Shown here one piece after another: positions 1 to 10,569 of a DNA stretch of 64,000 nt. A model generated the notes under the pieces. That model was not told where the DNA came from. It saw only the letters and a program-made list of their open reading frames with translations, and ran no database searches. A program made the position numbers and the translations under genes. Positions within the stretch are counted from its first letter, which is position 1. The number at the start of each line of letters is the position of its first letter. Origin of the DNA: Bryobacterales bacterium (GTDB lineage Bacteria; Acidobacteriota; Terriglobia; Bryobacterales; UBA6623); the NCBI GenBank assembly GCA_965203925.1, contig OZ241924.1:768629-832628 (forward strand), in the 5' to 3' direction.

Positions 1-1168
1 GGTCCCGGTTGCGCCGGGTCAGAAAGCGGTACCCGGCAGTATTAAGCTGGCGCTCCTGTGAGCTGTCCCCCCTGTCGAAGTTGTTGATCTCGGATGGCCC
101 GGGGATCTGGGCCAGCACTTGGGCCATCGCGGAGTCGGCCTGAAGCCCGTGGATGTCGAGGATATCCACCTGGCGGAGGGCTCCGCCGAGGTCGACATAG
201 CTGAAGATCCCCCGGGCAGCGTCCGCGGTGAGCACTGTTGTGTTGACCAAGGACTTGCGCCGGTCCATCAGGGACTCGTAGTTGACGAAGAAGAAAGCCC
301 GGTTCCTGACGACCGGGCCGCCAACAGAACCTCCGAACTGGTTGATGCTCAGTTCGGGCTTCTCGAGTCCCTGCCGATTCGAGAACCAAGGCGCAGCGGC
401 GAGCTTGTCGTTGCGCATGTGCCAGTACGCGTTCCCGTGGAATTCCGGCCCTCCGGCGCGGGTGGTGAAATTGACGTGCGACGCCCCGCCTCCGATGGCG
501 GGCGATCCGTTCTGGGAGGTCACGGCAAACTCGGCCACTTGGTCGATAAGAGTGCGGCTGGAGAGGTAGTCGAGCCCGTTTGTGCGGATGAAGTTGTCCT
601 GAACGCTGATGCCGTCAATCGTCACCACCGAAAAGGATGTGCGCTGGCCGTTGATCGTCGTGGAGCCCGTCCCGTTGTAGTTCACGCCCGCCTGCAGGCT
701 TACGAACGCGAGCGGATCCCTGCCAATCAGCGGCAGGTCTGCGATCTGTGAGGACGTGACGATGGAGGTCACCTCGGCATTCGTGGTCTGGACCTGGCTG
801 ATTCCGCCCTCCACCACGACGGTCTCGGTGGCTACGCCAATCTCAAGGACGATTGGGGGCAGAGACGTCTCGCGCGCTACGTCCACCTTCTGGGCCTCGA
901 CCGTGTGCGTGCGGAAACCATCCGCGGCGACCTGTACGGAGTAGTAGCCCGGAGCGAGCGCCCCCGCCACGAACGCTCCGCTCGGGTCGGTCAGCAGGCG
1001 GGTTGTTGTCCCGGTCGAATCGCTCCGAACCGTGACCTCGGCTCCCAAGATCGCAGCGCGGCTCTGGTCGAGCACGGTCCCAGACAGGCGCCCGATGGCG
1101 TTCTGGCCGAAGGCGGTGACCGGCAGCAGCGCCAACGCCACGAGGAGAGTAGAGGATTTTGTGCCCAT
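1..1168 (-). CDS. TonB-dependent receptor, Oar/carboxypeptidase-regulatory-domain type (5' part; runs off the window start)
   Basis: Manual translation from ATG at 1168: signal peptide MGTKSSTLLVALALLPVTAFGQ, then GRLSGTVLDQSRAAILGAEVTV, QIADLPLIGRDPLAFVSLQAGV, INQFGGSVGGPVVRNRAFFFVNYE. Not in the ORF track because it has no stop inside the window. Confidence 0.85.
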   Translation of the reverse strand, partial: MGTKSSTLLVALALLPVTAFGQNAIGRLSGTVLDQSRAAILGAEVTVRSDSTGTTTRLLTDPSGAFVAGALAPGYYSVQVAADGFRTHTVEAQKVDVARETSLPPIVLEIGVATETVVVEGGISQVQTTNAEVTSIVTSSQIADLPLIGRDPLAFVSLQAGVNYNGTGSTTINGQRTSFSVVTIDGISVQDNFIRTNGLDYLSSRTLIDQVAEFAVTSQNGSPAIGGGASHVNFTTRAGGPEFHGNAYWHMRNDKLAAAPWFSNRQGLEKPELSINQFGGSVGGPVVRNRAFFFVNYESLMDRRKSLVNTTVLTADAARGIFSYVDLGGALRQVDILDIHGLQADSAMAQVLAQIPGPSEINNFDRGDSSQERQLNTAGYRFLTRRNRD

Positions 1169-1350
1169 TGGATTCGCTCCACCATTGCGCCGTGTTGGGC
1201 GCTTGCGCGAGCGCGGGGACACGGTGCTGCGTACTGGCCCCAGTGTATGCCAAGCGGCACGTGCAATGGGCGCGAGGTGTCAGGATTCGATGCCGGTTTC
1301 TCGTCGGGCAGGCTCGCGCGGGAGGTGGCGGCAGCCCTCTCTTGGACCTC

Positions 1351-2706
1351 TCATTCCGAATCGAAGAGTTCGACCGTGGTCGGAACGTCCTCGCGGGGCA
1401 CCAACAGCGCATGGTGGGCCACGACCTCGCGGACGCGGGGCCTGCCCTCTCCGAATCCGGTGGCCGTCGGGGGACCGTTGAGCACGAGCGGGATCATCTC
1501 CCGCGTGAACCGTTCGACCGGCCGACGAGAGATGGCCCGCACGCCCATCCGCAACTGAACCTCCGGCGGGTCCGGGTTCTCCGGGGCGGCCGGTCCGTGG
1601 CAAGCGCCCACGCCAAGGACTTCGGCATGAACCTCCTCAAACGTGAGGCCAAGCGCGGCCAAGCGGCGTCGTACCATCGCTTCGGCCGCCCGGGCCTTGG
1701 CAAGCGCGTCGGGCCAGCTGTACACCAGCGTTCCCACTGCCTGGTATCCGGCCGTGTAGCACACGGACACCTTCAGGGTCGGCGGGGGAGGGCCGCCCCG
1801 GACTCCCTCGACCGCGACCCGGTCTTTGCCGTCCTGTCGAAGCGAAAGGCTGGTGAAGTCGGCCCTGCAATCGGGGGTGAGGTAGCGCGTGGGATCACCC
1901 AGCTCGTACAGAAGCTGCTCCTTCACGTCCGGCACTGTGACGCGTCCTCCGGTCCCGGGTTGCTTCGTCACCACGAAGTCCCCGCTCGGCCGGGCCTCCA
2001 CCACGGGAAACCCGATGTCGGCCAGGTCTGGGATGGACTGCCAGTCGAGGGAGCAGTTGCCCCCGGTGCACTGGGCCCCGCACTCGATGATGTGGCCTGC
2101 CACTGTGCCAGCCGCCAGCCGGTCCCAGTCGAGATCCCCCCAGCCGAACTCATGGATCATGGGCGCCAAGGTCAGCGCCGTGTCGGTCGAGCGCCCCGCA
2201 AGGACCACATGCGCACCCGAGCCCAGCGCCTCGGCGAGCGGGAACGCGCCGATGTAGGCGTGCGCACTGAGGACCCGCTCGCGGATTTCGGAGAGCCGCA
2301 CTCGCGGACCGGATGTGTCGAAGTCGGTGCCGCGAGTCGCGATCGCATCCAACTGGCCGCCCAAGTCGTCGCCAAGCACTACGGCCACCTTGAGCCCTCG
2401 CACACCTTCAGAGCGGGCCCGCTCCAAGATGGACCTAGCGCACTGGCGCGGATTGACCCCCCCGGCGTTGGTCACCACGCGGACACCGCCGCGCATGAGG
2501 CTTGGCAGGAGCTCGGCGATGAGGCCTACGGCATCGGTTGCGTAGCCCTTGCAGGGATCTCGGCGCCTCTGCTTCTCGAGGATCGCCATGGTTACCTCGG
2601 ATAGGTAGTCGAGGACGAGGAAGTCCAGCGGCCCGCCCTGCACCAACCGTCGGGGCGCCTCGAGCCAGTCCCCCCAGAACCCTTGCCCGTTGGCGATTCG
2701 GATCAT
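1351..2706 (-). CDS. Acyclic terpene utilization AtuA-family (DUF1446) protein
   Basis: Family motifs IRIANGQGFWGD, LDYLSEVTMAIL, TNAGGVNP, GHIIECGAQCTGGN, EQLLYELGDP. Start moved to ATG 2706. Confidence 0.85.
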   Translation of the reverse strand: MIRIANGQGFWGDWLEAPRRLVQGGPLDFLVLDYLSEVTMAILEKQRRRDPCKGYATDAVGLIAELLPSLMRGGVRVVTNAGGVNPRQCARSILERARSEGVRGLKVAVVLGDDLGGQLDAIATRGTDFDTSGPRVRLSEIRERVLSAHAYIGAFPLAEALGSGAHVVLAGRSTDTALTLAPMIHEFGWGDLDWDRLAAGTVAGHIIECGAQCTGGNCSLDWQSIPDLADIGFPVVEARPSGDFVVTKQPGTGGRVTVPDVKEQLLYELGDPTRYLTPDCRADFTSLSLRQDGKDRVAVEGVRGGPPPPTLKVSVCYTAGYQAVGTLVYSWPDALAKARAAEAMVRRRLAALGLTFEEVHAEVLGVGACHGPAAPENPDPPEVQLRMGVRAISRRPVERFTREMIPLVLNGPPTATGFGEGRPRVREVVAHHALLVPREDVPTTVELFDSE

Positions 2707-2820
2707 TCGCCCGGCACACGCGGCGGCCGGTGCCCTTCCGTGAACACCGCAGCCGCTCAAGTGCCGCATGGTACAGTATGCGCTTCCGCGCTTGCTGATT
2801 GCTGTCACAGCGCCGCCGAG

Positions 2821-3603
2821 ATGACGTTCCGCGGCAAGACGGCCTTGGTCACGGGCGCCTCGTCCGGAATCGGCGGTTGCTGCGCCCGCCTGCTGGCGCG
2901 CGAAGGTGCGCAGCTACTGCTGGCCGGCCGTCGGGCCGGTGCGCTTGAGGCCGTCGCACGAGAGTGCGGGAAGGCGCGCGTGCTGGCCGCAGATCTGGCC
3001 GACCCAGCCTCGCTCTCTGAGTTCTGCGACGATGTGCTCGCGGCGACGGGCAGTCTCGACATCGTCGTCCACTGCGCTGGCGTCGGAATCCGGGCACCGG
3101 CAGACGCGACCGACCCCGGGCAGGCACGACGCCTAATTGCGGTGAATCTTCTGGCGCCTGTCGAGATCACCCGCAGGCTGAAGCCGGCGATGGCGCCGAA
3201 CAGCACGATTGTGATGGTCAGCTCTGTCGCGGGCAAGGTCGCCCTGCCCGGCATGGCGGTCTACTCGGCGTCTAAGCACGCGCTCAACGCGTATGCGGAC
3301 GCCCTGCGGGCGGAGCTTCGCGGCAGCGGCGTCAGGGTCTTGTGTGCCTGCCCGGGGTTCGTGAGGACGCCGTTCGGCAGGAACATGCTACAAGGTTCCA
3401 CCAAGGTGCCGTTGCCTGGCTCCGAGAGGCTCGCAATCTCCCCCGAGCAGTGCGCCGCTGCCATCGTGGACGCGGCCCGCAAGGGCAGGCGGACGGTTGT
3501 CGTGCCCCGCCACGGCTGGCTGCTTGTCATATTCGAGCGGGCCCTGCCGACGGCCGCGCGGGCCTGGATGCTCCGGATGGCGCGCGTGGGCAAGGCCGCA
3601 TGA
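2821..3603 (+). CDS. Short-chain dehydrogenase/reductase (SDR)
   Basis: ALVTGASSGIG Rossmann motif, VHCAG, SSVAG and catalytic YSASK. Start moved to ATG 2821. Confidence 0.9.
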   Translation: MTFRGKTALVTGASSGIGGCCARLLAREGAQLLLAGRRAGALEAVARECGKARVLAADLADPASLSEFCDDVLAATGSLDIVVHCAGVGIRAPADATDPGQARRLIAVNLLAPVEITRRLKPAMAPNSTIVMVSSVAGKVALPGMAVYSASKHALNAYADALRAELRGSGVRVLCACPGFVRTPFGRNMLQGSTKVPLPGSERLAISPEQCAAAIVDAARKGRRTVVVPRHGWLLVIFERALPTAARAWMLRMARVGKAA

Positions 3604-4142
3604 CAGAGTCAAGTCCAGGGGCATGCGGACCGGCGGGAATCTACCTGGCCGGATTCATGGGCTCGGGAAAGTCGACAGTTGGCCGCTTGCTCGCCGACGA
3701 ACTGGCATGGCCCTTTGTCGACCTCGACGAGGAGATAGAGAGGCGCGAGGGCACGGCGATAAGCGAGATCTTCGCCGATAAGGGAGAGTCCGGCTTTCGG
3801 AAGGCCGAACATGAGGCCCTGTTGGAACAGGCGGCCCTGGTCCGGACCGGCAATCGGCGCGTGGTCGCCCTTGGCGGAGGGACGTTTGCCTTCGCGAGGA
3901 ACCGCGAAGCCCTGCGGGAAGCCGGACTGACGCTGTGGCTGGACGCGGGCTCGGAGGTCTTGTGGGGCCGGGTGTGCGGGGCGACCCACCGCCCGCTGGC
4001 GAGAGACCGGGCCGCGTTCGACAAGCTGCACGCCGCCCGTCGGCAGTCCTACGCACGTGCCGACGAGCGCATCGACGCTGCGGTGGACCCGGCCAGCGTC
4101 GTCGCAAGCATCCTCGCGCTAGGATCGATCAAGGGTCGTTAG
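3600..4142 (+). CDS. aroK: Shikimate kinase
   Basis: IYLAGFMGSGKSTVGR P-loop, FVDLDEEIE, GESGFR, VVALGGG, RPL. ATG overlaps the SDR stop (ATGA). Confidence 0.9.
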   Translation: MTESSPGACGPAGIYLAGFMGSGKSTVGRLLADELAWPFVDLDEEIERREGTAISEIFADKGESGFRKAEHEALLEQAALVRTGNRRVVALGGGTFAFARNREALREAGLTLWLDAGSEVLWGRVCGATHRPLARDRAAFDKLHAARRQSYARADERIDAAVDPASVVASILALGSIKGR

Positions 4143-4145
4143 CCG

Positions 4146-4841
4146 ATGGGGAATCCCGTGATCCGGGCCGAAGGGTTGGGCAAGACGTTTCGCACGGGAC
4201 AGCAGGACCTCACGATCTTCAGCGACTTGGCCTTCGAGATCCGGCGCGGCGAGAGCGTGGCGCTTGTCGGCGAGTCGGGAGCCGGCAAGTCGACGCTGCT
4301 CCACATCTTGGGAGCCCTCGACCGGGCCACTGCCGGCAGGGTCCTGTTCCGCGGAAAGGCGCTGGACGGACTCGATGACGGACAGCTGGCAGCCTACCGC
4401 AACCGAGACATTGGCTACGTCTGGCAGAACTGTCACCTGCTGCCCGAGTTCACCGCAGCGGAGAACGTGGGGCTGCCCCTGCGAATCCGGGGCATTCCCT
4501 CAAACGAGGCCCTGAAACCCGCCCGGCGGCTCCTGAAGCGGGTCGGGCTGGGCTCCCGCCTGCACCACCAGTCCGGAGAACTTTCCGGCGGCGAGCAGCA
4601 GCGCGTGGCCATCGCCCGGGCCTTGGTATCGGAACCTGCCCTTCTGCTGGCGGACGAGCCGACCGGCAACCTTGACGAGAGGACCGGGGCCGGCGTGATG
4701 GGGCTGCTGCTGGGCCTGGTTCGCGAGCGCGGGCTGGCCATGCTACTCGCGACCCACAACGCCGCCTTCGCGGCGCTGTGCGACCGCACGCTGCGGTTTG
4801 AGCGAGGCCGGCTCCGCGAGATCCCCGGTGGGGACGCCTGA
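4146..4841 (+). CDS. lolD: ABC transporter ATP-binding protein, LolD-like
   Basis: GESGAGKST Walker [43 protein letters not shown]. No lolC/E in this window. Confidence 0.75.
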   Translation: MGNPVIRAEGLGKTFRTGQQDLTIFSDLAFEIRRGESVALVGESGAGKSTLLHILGALDRATAGRVLFRGKALDGLDDGQLAAYRNRDIGYVWQNCHLLPEFTAAENVGLPLRIRGIPSNEALKPARRLLKRVGLGSRLHHQSGELSGGEQQRVAIARALVSEPALLLADEPTGNLDERTGAGVMGLLLGLVRERGLAMLLATHNAAFAALCDRTLRFERGRLREIPGGDA

Positions 4842-4865
4842 CCGCGGAACCACGGATAGTTGGCG

Positions 4866-7085
4866 TCAGCCATTTCGGGCGGCCTGGACGGCCGCGCGAA
4901 GGGTGGACCAACGCCGCGACTCCGACGAGTTCCTCACGGCACGGCCCACAGCGCTCTCCTGGCCCACGAGCACCACCAGCCGCTTGCCGCGGGTGATCGC
5001 GGTGTAGATGAGGTTGCGCCGCAGCATCACGTAGTGCTGGTCGAGGAGCGGGATGACGACGGCGGGGTATTCCGACCCCTGGCTCTTGTGGATGGTGATG
5101 GCGAAGGCGGTCACCAAGGACGCCAAATCCCGCTTACGATAGGGCACGAGGCGGCCGTCGAAGTTGACGTGTAGGGTGACGCGGTCCTGATCGACTGACG
5201 CGACCGTCCCGATGTCTCCGTTGTAGACCTCCCGATCGTAGTCATTCTCGACCTGCATGACCTTGTCGCCGACCGCGTAGGTCCGCCCCGAGTGCTCGAC
5301 GCTCACGGCGTCCGCGGGGACGAGCGCTCTCTGCAATTCCGCGTTGAGCGTGACCGTGCCGGCGTTGCCACGGTTCATGGGGCACAGGACCTGGATCTGG
5401 CGGACAGGATCGAAGCCGAACCGCTTCGGGATGCGGGAACTCACCAGCTCGACCGTACGCCGTACCGCCGCGCCCGGGGTCGCGACCGCCCAGAAGTAGA
5501 AGTCGCTGTCGCCCTTGGGCCTTTTGAGATTGGGCATTTCTCCTGAGTTGACCCTGTGGGCGTTGAGCACGATGTGGCTGTCGGCGACCTGCCGAAAGAC
5601 CTCGACAAGGCGAACGACCCGGGCCGCACCGCCGTCAATCAGGTCACCGAGCACCCTGCCCGGACCGACTGACGGGAGCTGATCCGCGTCCCCGACGAGG
5701 AACAGCGCCGAACCGAGCGGCACGGCCTTCAGCAGGGCGTCCATGAGGGGCACATCGACCATCGAAGTCTCGTCCACGACCAGCAGGTCGCATTCGAGAG
5801 GGTAGGCGGCGTCGCGGCGGAAGGTGCCCGCCTTCGGATCGAATTCGAGCAGGCGATGGATCGTCTTGGCCTCGGATCCAGTTGCCTCAGACATGCGCTT
5901 CGCCGCCCGGCCGGTTGGAGCACAGAGCAGGAATTCAACGCCCTTCGCGCCCAAGATCGCGAGGATCGCCTTCAAGAGCGTGGTCTTGCCGACGCCCGGC
6001 CCGCCCGTGATGATCAGCACTTTGGACGCCAGCGCCGAGCGCACGGCCTCGCACTGCTCGGGCGCGAGTCTGAGGCCGGACTGCCGCTCGAACCAAGGGA
6101 TGGCGAGGTCCGCGTCCAGCGCAGGCCAAGGCAGCGTGCCCTGGCCCAGAATTGCCAATCTCTGGGCGATGCCCTGCTCGGCGCGGTGTAGGTGGGCGAG
6201 AAACGCGCAGGGCTTCCCGTCAACCTCGTCCTCTACCACCCAGCCCGTTTCCACCTCGTGGGCAAGTGCGGGCTCGACCAGATCGCGCGGCACTCCGAGC
6301 ATCTCGCTCGCAACCTGCAGCAGCTGACTACGGGGAAGCCCGCAATGTCCGTCGCGGCGGGCCTCGCTCAGCGCATGGCCCACGCCGGCCCGCATGCGGA
6401 ATGGCGATGTGCGCTCGATACCCAGCTTCATGGCGATCCCGTCGGCGACCGCGAAGCCAATGCCGCGGATGTCCCTTATCAGGCGGTAGGCGTTGGTCGA
6501 CAGCACCTGGATGGCATCCGCACCGTACCGCCTGTAGATCTGCGCAGCCCGCGACGGACCGATGCCGTGGCCGCGCAGAAACACCATGATCTCCCGCGTC
6601 TCGGCCTGCTTGCCCCACGCCTCGACGATTCTCTTGGCCCGCTTGCGCCCGATACCCGGTATCTCCATCAACCGCTCGGGCTGGTTCTCGATTACGTCGA
6701 AGACCTCCGGCCCGAACTTCGCGACGAGCCGCTTTGCGTAGATTCGCCCGATGCCGGGGATCGCGTCCGAGCCGAGGTATTTCTCGACTCCGACGGCGGA
6801 GTCGGGGTTGGTGGCCTTGATGTGCGTGGCCTTGAACTGCCGGCCGTGCGACCGGTCGTTGACCCACTCGCCAGTCGCGGTGATCCATTCGCCGGGGCTC
6901 ACGGTGGGGATCTGCCCGACGACCGCCTGCGGCTCGCGCAGCCCCCGCACCTGGACCCTCAAGACGCAGAAGCCCGTCTCTGCGTTGTGGAAGACGACCC
7001 GGTCGACCGAACCGGACAGGACTTCGCGACCGAGGAGTTGCTGCGACTGGCTCACAATCGTTCGTTCCCCGGGCGGGGCGGCCAC
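4866..7085 (-). CDS. recD2: ATP-dependent RecD2-like SF1B DNA helicase
   Basis: HhH repeats (IPGIGRKRA, IRGIGFAVAD), ITGGPGVGKTT, APTGRAAKR, VVDETSMVD, VGDADQLPSVGPG, AITIHKSQGSEY, LIYTAITRGK. Confidence 0.92.
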   Translation of the reverse strand: MAAPPGERTIVSQSQQLLGREVLSGSVDRVVFHNAETGFCVLRVQVRGLREPQAVVGQIPTVSPGEWITATGEWVNDRSHGRQFKATHIKATNPDSAVGVEKYLGSDAIPGIGRIYAKRLVAKFGPEVFDVIENQPERLMEIPGIGRKRAKRIVEAWGKQAETREIMVFLRGHGIGPSRAAQIYRRYGADAIQVLSTNAYRLIRDIRGIGFAVADGIAMKLGIERTSPFRMRAGVGHALSEARRDGHCGLPRSQLLQVASEMLGVPRDLVEPALAHEVETGWVVEDEVDGKPCAFLAHLHRAEQGIAQRLAILGQGTLPWPALDADLAIPWFERQSGLRLAPEQCEAVRSALASKVLIITGGPGVGKTTLLKAILAILGAKGVEFLLCAPTGRAAKRMSEATGSEAKTIHRLLEFDPKAGTFRRDAAYPLECDLLVVDETSMVDVPLMDALLKAVPLGSALFLVGDADQLPSVGPGRVLGDLIDGGAARVVRLVEVFRQVADSHIVLNAHRVNSGEMPNLKRPKGDSDFYFWAVATPGAAVRRTVELVSSRIPKRFGFDPVRQIQVLCPMNRGNAGTVTLNAELQRALVPADAVSVEHSGRTYAVGDKVMQVENDYDREVYNGDIGTVASVDQDRVTLHVNFDGRLVPYRKRDLASLVTAFAITIHKSQGSEYPAVVIPLLDQHYVMLRRNLIYTAITRGKRLVVLVGQESAVGRAVRNSSESRRWSTLRAAVQAARNG

Positions 7086-7162
7086 AGCGAAGCCCTACGA
7101 TACCGCAGCGGCCGGCCCCTTTCTGCCGCCTTCGGGGCCCATGCGGAGGCGGGAGCGTCGGT

Positions 7163-8434
7163 CTACAAGTTGCGCTCGAGGACCGTATGGGCGGAGTCGG
7201 CCGCCACTCGCACGGTGGCAAGGTTGTCAGTGATCAGCGACGCATCCAGGCCGACTGCCCCGGGCATGCTGGAGACGGCGATGCCCACGTCCCGCGCACC
7301 AGTCGCGACCACGTTGCGTATGCGCAGCGGCCCCAAGCGCCGCGGCGCTGCCAGGACAACATTCACCGCCAAGCCGGGCCGGGCATCACCCGAGACCACC
7401 AGATTGTCCAGCAGCGCGGTGTCCGGATCGCGCACCTCAATTGCGGCGCCGTCGAGAGCCGCCCCCACCATGGTGACATTCCGCAGTGTGAGATTGCGGA
7501 CGTTCTCGGCCACCAGCCAAGGCCGGTCCGTGGGGCCGCCGGCGAGGAGCACATTCTCGATCAGGACGTTGCTCGTGTTGCGCACGTGAAGCGGCGACCA
7601 CGACCCTTCTGCCCGAAAATCCGAGCCGGAGACATTGCGGATCGTGAGGCCATCGTGGCCGAAGTCCCGGTTGGCCGTGCGGATGGCTGTCACGCAGTCG
7701 CGGACCTGCACACCGTCGATCAGAACGTGCCGATTGACCATTCCCGGCCGGCTGTGGTCCTGGACGTCGACGCCGTAGAAGCTGGACTCCGCATAGATGT
7801 CCCGGACCGTTATGTGCTCGCTGCCATCGGAAACCTCCACCGGACCACGGAGCTTGGACCCGTAACTGCGTATGTTCTCCACGACCAGATGCCTGACGAA
7901 CAGGCCCTCGTTGCCCCGGCCGCCGATCGAGACTACGTCCCGAACAGTGCCGCGAGCGGTCAGGTTGCGCACAACGCCGTGCTCAATGTCGCCGAAGCGT
8001 TCCACAGGAGTGATCATCACGCCGTCCTTCGCGCTGTTGTCCGTCCGCCCGTTCTCAATGACGAACCGGCCGCGGCGCACGACGATCAGGGGCGCGCGGT
8101 CTGCCTGCTCGACGCTGTCGCCGTTCCCGACCAGCACGAAGTCGCGGATCTGCACGTCCTCGGAGAGCACCTCCAGGATGGGCACCTTCCCCAGCCCGGG
8201 GCGCAGCCGCATGTTGAGCCCGACCAGAGTCAGCGGCTTGTCCACGCGGACCGTCTCGGAGACTTCGACCTGCTCGGCGCGATCGGCCACGAGAACGGCG
8301 TGCGGCGGGGCGGCCCGCACAGCACGGGCGAGGTCCTTGGCATCGACGGAGATCACCCGCGCCGGATGGGAAGGCGCCTCGGCACACACCAGGGAGGCCG
8401 GGAGCAGCGCTATGAGCAATGCAATGCGGATCAT
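7163..8434 (-). CDS. Secreted right-handed parallel beta-helix (pectin-lyase-like) repeat protein
   Basis: Signal peptide MIRIALLIALLPASLVCA. Recurrent V/I-x-N/D-V/I strands (VVRNL, VVENI, TVRDI, LIDGV, TIRNV, LIENV, TLRNV). Start moved to ATG 8434. Confidence 0.6.
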   Translation of the reverse strand: MIRIALLIALLPASLVCAEAPSHPARVISVDAKDLARAVRAAPPHAVLVADRAEQVEVSETVRVDKPLTLVGLNMRLRPGLGKVPILEVLSEDVQIRDFVLVGNGDSVEQADRAPLIVVRRGRFVIENGRTDNSAKDGVMITPVERFGDIEHGVVRNLTARGTVRDVVSIGGRGNEGLFVRHLVVENIRSYGSKLRGPVEVSDGSEHITVRDIYAESSFYGVDVQDHSRPGMVNRHVLIDGVQVRDCVTAIRTANRDFGHDGLTIRNVSGSDFRAEGSWSPLHVRNTSNVLIENVLLAGGPTDRPWLVAENVRNLTLRNVTMVGAALDGAAIEVRDPDTALLDNLVVSGDARPGLAVNVVLAAPRRLGPLRIRNVVATGARDVGIAVSSMPGAVGLDASLITDNLATVRVAADSAHTVLERNL

Positions 8435-8633
8435 GGCCGGACGTGAAGAATGTAGCAGGAGCGCAGGATCGACGTGGCGGTGGCGCATTGCCACGGGCAA
8501 CCCGAACCGGGCCTGAGCCTTCTCCACTGACCTCACGGCGGGTCTTGGGGCCCGCCCTCCGGACCGCACCGGAAACCCGGAGCCGCTGCAGACCCGGCCT
8601 TGCCGATCATGGCTGATACGATTCTGGTTCGGG

Positions 8634-9581
8634 ATGGCAGCGAGGATTCTGGACGGGAAGGCCATCCGCGACATCCTCCTGCACGAGGTCGCGGAAGGCG
8701 TCCGGAAGGCCTCCCAGCTCGGCGTGCGGCCTGGACTTGCGGCCGTGCTGGTCGGTGAAAATCCAGCCTCAGAGATCTATGTGCGGAACAAGATCCGGGC
8801 CTGCCGGCGGATCGGCGCGCATTCCGAGACGCTCAGGCTCTCGGCCGGCACAACCACGGACGAACTGCTGGGCACGGTCGAGCGGCTCAACCGTCGCGAG
8901 GAGATCGACGGGATCCTGGTGCAGCTGCCCCTGCCGGCACACATCAGCGCACAGCGGGTGCTGGCGGCCATCGCCCCTGAGAAGGATGTCGACGGGTTTC
9001 ACCCCGTCAATGTCGGCAGGCTGGTCTCGGGTCAGCCCTGCTTGGCGCCCTGCACGCCAAGCGGCCTGATCGAAATCCTCAAGCGCAGCGGAATCGGGAT
9101 CCGGGGCCGCCGTGCCGTTGTCGTGGGCCGCAGCAACATCGTCGGCAAGCCCACAGCCATGCTGCTGCTGGCGGAGCACGCCACAGTGACCGTCTGCCAT
9201 TCTCGGACGTCCGACCTGCCCGGCGTGTGCCGGGAAGGCGACATTCTCGTCGCGGCGGCGGGGCGCCCCGCCATGCTGACCCGCGAGCACATCCGGCCGG
9301 GCGCGGTCGTGCTGGACGTCGGGATCAATCGCATCCGCGACGCGGCACAGGCTGAGCGCATCCTTGGCCACGATACGGCGCGCCTAGATCGGTTTCGGAA
9401 GACAGGCAGCGCACTCGTCGGGGATGTCCATCCTCGCCACGTGGCCGAGGTCGCTGCCGCCTATACGCCTGTCCCCGGCGGCGTCGGGCCGCTGACGATC
9501 GCCATCCTCATGTCCAACACGCTGGCTGCCTCGCAGCGCCGCATCCCCGCTGGCGGCGGGCCTCCTCCGCATGGGGCTTGA
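8634..9581 (+). CDS. folD: Bifunctional methylenetetrahydrofolate dehydrogenase/cyclohydrolase
   Basis: ASEIYVRNK, DGILVQLPLP, KDVDGFHP, PCTPSG, VGRSNIVGKP, TVCHSRT, TPVPGGVGPLTIAILMSNT. Confidence 0.95.
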   Translation: MAARILDGKAIRDILLHEVAEGVRKASQLGVRPGLAAVLVGENPASEIYVRNKIRACRRIGAHSETLRLSAGTTTDELLGTVERLNRREEIDGILVQLPLPAHISAQRVLAAIAPEKDVDGFHPVNVGRLVSGQPCLAPCTPSGLIEILKRSGIGIRGRRAVVVGRSNIVGKPTAMLLLAEHATVTVCHSRTSDLPGVCREGDILVAAAGRPAMLTREHIRPGAVVLDVGINRIRDAAQAERILGHDTARLDRFRKTGSALVGDVHPRHVAEVAAAYTPVPGGVGPLTIAILMSNTLAASQRRIPAGGGPPPHGA

Positions 9582-10545
9582 GCGCTACGGTTGGGGGCCG
9601 TTCTTCCAGCAGCAGGCCGGCCGCCAGCGCAGATTGAAGCCGGGCCGGGTACGGCTTGCCACGGCGCGACGCGCGCACGTGTTCGCCGCTGACCGGAAGG
9701 TGTCTGTCAGCCTGCCCCGCAACGTGGGCCCTGCGGCGGTGGGCGACTGGCTGCTGTTTGAGCCGAGAAGGCGGATAGCCCGCCAAGTCCTCTTGAGGCG
9801 CAACGCGCTGGCGCGCGCCCGACCGGGCCGTTTGGCCCAGCGGCAAATCTTGGCAGCCAACGTGGACACGGCGTTCATCCTCGCCGGCCTGGACCGCGAG
9901 CTCCGCCTCCGACCGATCGAGCGCTACCTTGCATGTGCGCTGGCCGCGGACGCCGAGCCCGTCATCGTGCTGAACAAGGCTGACCTGTGCGCGGATCCGG
10001 CGGCGGCGGCCGCGATCGTTCGCCGCGCAGAGCCGCGCTTTCCGGTGGTCGTGACGAGCGCCACCGAAGGGCGCGGGATCTCCGAGGTGGAAGCGCTGCT
10101 GCAGCCGGGCCGCACCGCGGCGCTGGCCGGACCGTCGGGGGTGGGCAAGTCTTCTCTCGTCAATGCCCTCGTGCGGTCGGAACTGCTGGAGGTCGGCGCT
10201 GTCAGGGCACAGGACCGAAGGGGCCGGCACACGACTACGAGACGGGAACTGGTCCTGCATCCCCGCGGCTACCTGCTGATGGACATTCCCGGGATCCGCG
10301 AGCTTCTCCCGTGGAGCAGTCCGGAGGCAGTGCACCGCGTGTTCCCGGAGATAGCCAAGCTAGGCGCGGACTGCCGGTACCGGGACTGCACACACCGCGC
10401 CGAGCCGGAATGCAGCGTGCGGGACGGGGTGAGGGACGGCATTGTTGACGCCGACCGCCTGGCGAGCTTCGTGCAACTGCTCGAAGAGCAGCACGATCTG
10501 GAGCGCGCAGTCCAAGAGCGGAGCCGCGGTCCGCGCCGCCCTTGA
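9571..10545 (+). CDS. rsgA: Ribosome small subunit-dependent GTPase A
   Basis: Circularly permuted GTPase order NKAD ... GPSGVGKSS ... RGRHTT ... DIPG, followed by the zinc finger CRYRDCTHRAEPEC. Confidence 0.92.
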   Translation: MGLERYGWGPFFQQQAGRQRRLKPGRVRLATARRAHVFAADRKVSVSLPRNVGPAAVGDWLLFEPRRRIARQVLLRRNALARARPGRLAQRQILAANVDTAFILAGLDRELRLRPIERYLACALAADAEPVIVLNKADLCADPAAAAAIVRRAEPRFPVVVTSATEGRGISEVEALLQPGRTAALAGPSGVGKSSLVNALVRSELLEVGAVRAQDRRGRHTTTRRELVLHPRGYLLMDIPGIRELLPWSSPEAVHRVFPEIAKLGADCRYRDCTHRAEPECSVRDGVRDGIVDADRLASFVQLLEEQHDLERAVQERSRGPRRP

Positions 10546-10569
10546 GGTCCGCGCGGCCCGGCGCTCGGG

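Noticed and set aside
1159-2604. 481-aa plus-strand ORF
   Set aside because: Antisense shadow of the AtuA-family gene; no motifs. Long shadow ORFs are expected at this GC content. The same applies to 6192-7589(+), 7187-8446(+), 32242-33873(-) and 43482-44450(-).
9330-9420. Extra segment in FolD (RDAAQAERILGHDTARLDRFRKTG)
   Set aside because: Falls in a loop known to vary in length among FolD proteins; all catalytic motifs are intact.
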